A DNA stretch of 63,890 nt, filler included, from Hyphochytrium catenoides (lineage: Eukaryota > Protista > Hyphochytriomycota), in the NCBI GenBank assembly GCA_900088475.1. It is 11 parts of 11 records of this genome, joined end to end, with 100 filler letters (N's around TTAATTAATTAA, not from the genome) between each part and the next. Parts side by side here need not be neighbours in the genome. Positions count along the whole stretch, not along the records: positions 61,088 to 63,890 come from FLMG01002579.1; 10 more parts are not named here. One strand, 5' to 3'. The notes beneath the pieces were generated by a model. It was not told the origin of the DNA, did not search any database, and saw only the letters and a list, made by a program, of their open reading frames with translations. The translations under genes and the position numbers were made by a program. Shown here piece after piece: positions 61,827 to 63,890 of the stretch (position 1 is its first letter; the number at the start of each line of letters is the position of its first letter).

Positions 61827-63890
61827 CTGTGTCGCTTATTAATTGTTGCGTACGTCGCTAGCTAGGTACCGCTGTCTATCGCCACCACCACCAGCAGCAG
61901 CAGCAGCGGCACATCTCTCTCTTCTTCATCATCTCCTCTGACTATCTCCTTTCCTTTCTTTCCCGCACTTATTACCTGCTGCAGAGGCCTTGCTTCTGCT
62001 GCTGACTGATCCTTGCCTTACTTTGGAGGACCCGCCCTGGGTGTGAACTCGCTCCTCTTCTCCTTCTTCCTCTTCTCCTTCTTCCTCTTCTCGTTCCTCC
62101 TCTTTCGTCTTCAGCTGGCTCTTCCAAAAGTGGTTGACACCTACTTCTTCTTGATCCTCTCTCCTCTTTTTTTCTTCTTCTCTTCTGCTGCTGCGCCCTC
62201 CCTTCCTGTCTTCATGGAGAGCAGCGGCGCCGCCACTCGCTACCACGTGGTAATCTTAGCGTTGCTGATAAGTGAGGCGGCGATAGGAGGATGGATCAGC
62301 ATCACTGCCGCCGCGCCGTCGATCGTCTCTTTCTTCTTCTTCCGTTTCTGCTGCTCGTGATGGAGGAGAAAGGAGGAACCAGCGACCGTCGTTGTTGACG
62401 ACTATATGCCTGCTGACCGGCGGCGGGGGATGGGAAGATAGCTGCAGGATATTCTACTAATTTTCTAGGAGAGAGGAAAGTAGAACCAAGGGAGAAACTT
62501 CAAAGGGTCTCCTCTTTCTCTCTCTCTCGCTCTCTCTCGCTCTCTTTATCTCTCTGTCTCTCTTTATCTCTCTCTCTCTCTCTCTGTCTCTCTCCCTCTC
62601 TCTCTCCGTCTCCCTCTCCGTCTCCCTCTCCGTCTCCCTCTCCCTCTCCATCTCTTTCTCTCTCTCTCTCTCTCTNNNNNNNNNNNNNNNNNNNNNNNNN
62701 NNNNNNNNNNNNNNNNNNNNNNNNNNNNCTCTCTCTCTCGCTCTCTCTCTCTCTCTTTCTCTTTCTCTCTCTCATTTTTCCTGAAGTTCCTGCATCTCTT
62801 TGAAGTAGCAGAATCCATCACACGAACAAGTACAGTACAATGTACCTACCACCTCTACCCCCGCCTCCGGTCACTTCTCAGAACCATCTATACCTTCCGT
62901 ATCAGCAGCTGCCGTGGGGCCTGGCGACATTTACCTTAGGAGACCGAAGACGCCACCCCCAGGCCCATCCACCCGCGACAGAGGGCCACCCACCTTCAAC
63001 AATGACGTTTTTGAAATCATAAAATAACGAATTGCTGTAGGTTTGTCTTATTCAAAATGATTGTACGATTCTATTGAAGGGAATGGTACTATTTGAAGTG
63101 TCAAACGATCATCTCTTCTTTCTCTCTCTCTCTCCTTTCTCTCTCTCTCCTTTCTCTCTCTCTCCTTTCTCTCTCTAAACCTTTCTCTCTCTCGTCTTCT
63201 CTCCCTCTCTCTTCTCTTTCTCTCCCTTCCTCTCTCAACGTGCCTCCGTCTCTTCATGGACGATCTCTTCTTTAGGATCGCTGTCTCATATATTCGCTGT
63301 CTCTTCTTCCTGGTCTGTGAGAGGATAAAGGCTCATCAGTTCCGCTTGTCATCACCGCAGGTCGAGACTGCGAGCCAGAGTTCTTCCTTTCCCTCTCTTT
63401 CTTGTCGTCTCCTCCTCCTTTGTCTCCCTCTGTTAGTCATCAAGCATGAAGAGAATCATCTGCATGCCACGCTGTTTGCTGTCCGTCTGCCACATCTCAG
63501 ATGGCTAGTTTCTCGAGGTTCCTCGGTGTTATCACCTTTCCCCTTCTTCTTCTGCTTCTTCTGGTGGAGACAAGACTTGTTCCTTCCCCAGGCCAGCGCT
63601 TTCTCACTGGGTGAGAAGGCGTCCTCTCTTTCCTGGGTTACGTTGCTGGATCTTTTCCTTGGTCTGGCGATGCTTCTGCGTCTTCTCGAGCTTCATATCA
63701 TATCTGTTGGAGGCTTACAATGCTACCGCCCGAGAGCAACAAGGGAACCACTACTGAAGAGCAGCAGGGTCGGCTTCCCTGTCCTTGACGAGCAAACCCT
63801 TTGCCTTCCATGCTATTCCAATCCCACTGGCTCTGCCACGGGCTACTCTTGCGGCGGCTGGTCCCTTGCTCTTATCTCCTTCCACTCCTT

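Larger units (their letters stand above)
1..63890. repeat. Pervasive (GA)n/(CT)n microsatellite and degenerate homopurine/homopyrimidine tracts in introns, UTRs and intergenic DNA
   Basis: Seen directly, e.g. pure (GA)n at about 43265-43334 and 51264-51320. It explains the many poly-LS and poly-RE ORFs. Confidence 0.99.

Noticed and set aside
162-63275. Hundreds of ORFs rich in LSLSLS or RERERE
   Set aside because: They are translations of (CT)n/(GA)n microsatellite, which lacks stop codons. Many lie inside demonstrable introns.

Overview
This is eukaryotic nuclear DNA, not one continuous locus. Eleven assembly pieces are joined by artificial N-ttaattaattaa-N spacers: 1-1244, 1345-9700, 9801-11454, 11555-33543, 33644-36672, 36773-40390, 40491-42516, 42617-47183, 47284-56371, 56472-60987 and 61088-63890. 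The genome is saturated with (GA)n/(CT)n microsatellite, so most ORF-track entries (poly-LS or poly-RE) are artefacts. The real genes are GT-AG spliced and were rebuilt by hand: COP9 signalosome subunit 4, uroporphyrinogen-III synthase, mitochondrial MnmA (exon 1), a B12D/NDUFA4-like protein, a membrane-anchored PRELI-domain protein, a membrane-bound UDP-glycosyltransferase, Yippee-like, RFWD3 (partial), an RluF/RsuA-family pseudouridine synthase (partial), Fab1/PIKfyve (partial), two orphan 7TM proteins and a decayed Ty1/copia gag. CSN4 resembles, from memory, stramenopile (oomycete-like) homologues more than plant ones; this taxonomy is inference. The most striking item is an intact, three-intron Kissper-Kiwellin gene, a land-plant defence protein family, in this apparently non-plant genome. 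Other notable signals are frame-biased CAG>TAG decay of dead ORFs (RIP- or CHG-methylation-like), introns built as 5'-(GA)n...(CT)n-3', and the TM-PRELI fusion lying head-to-head with the UGT.
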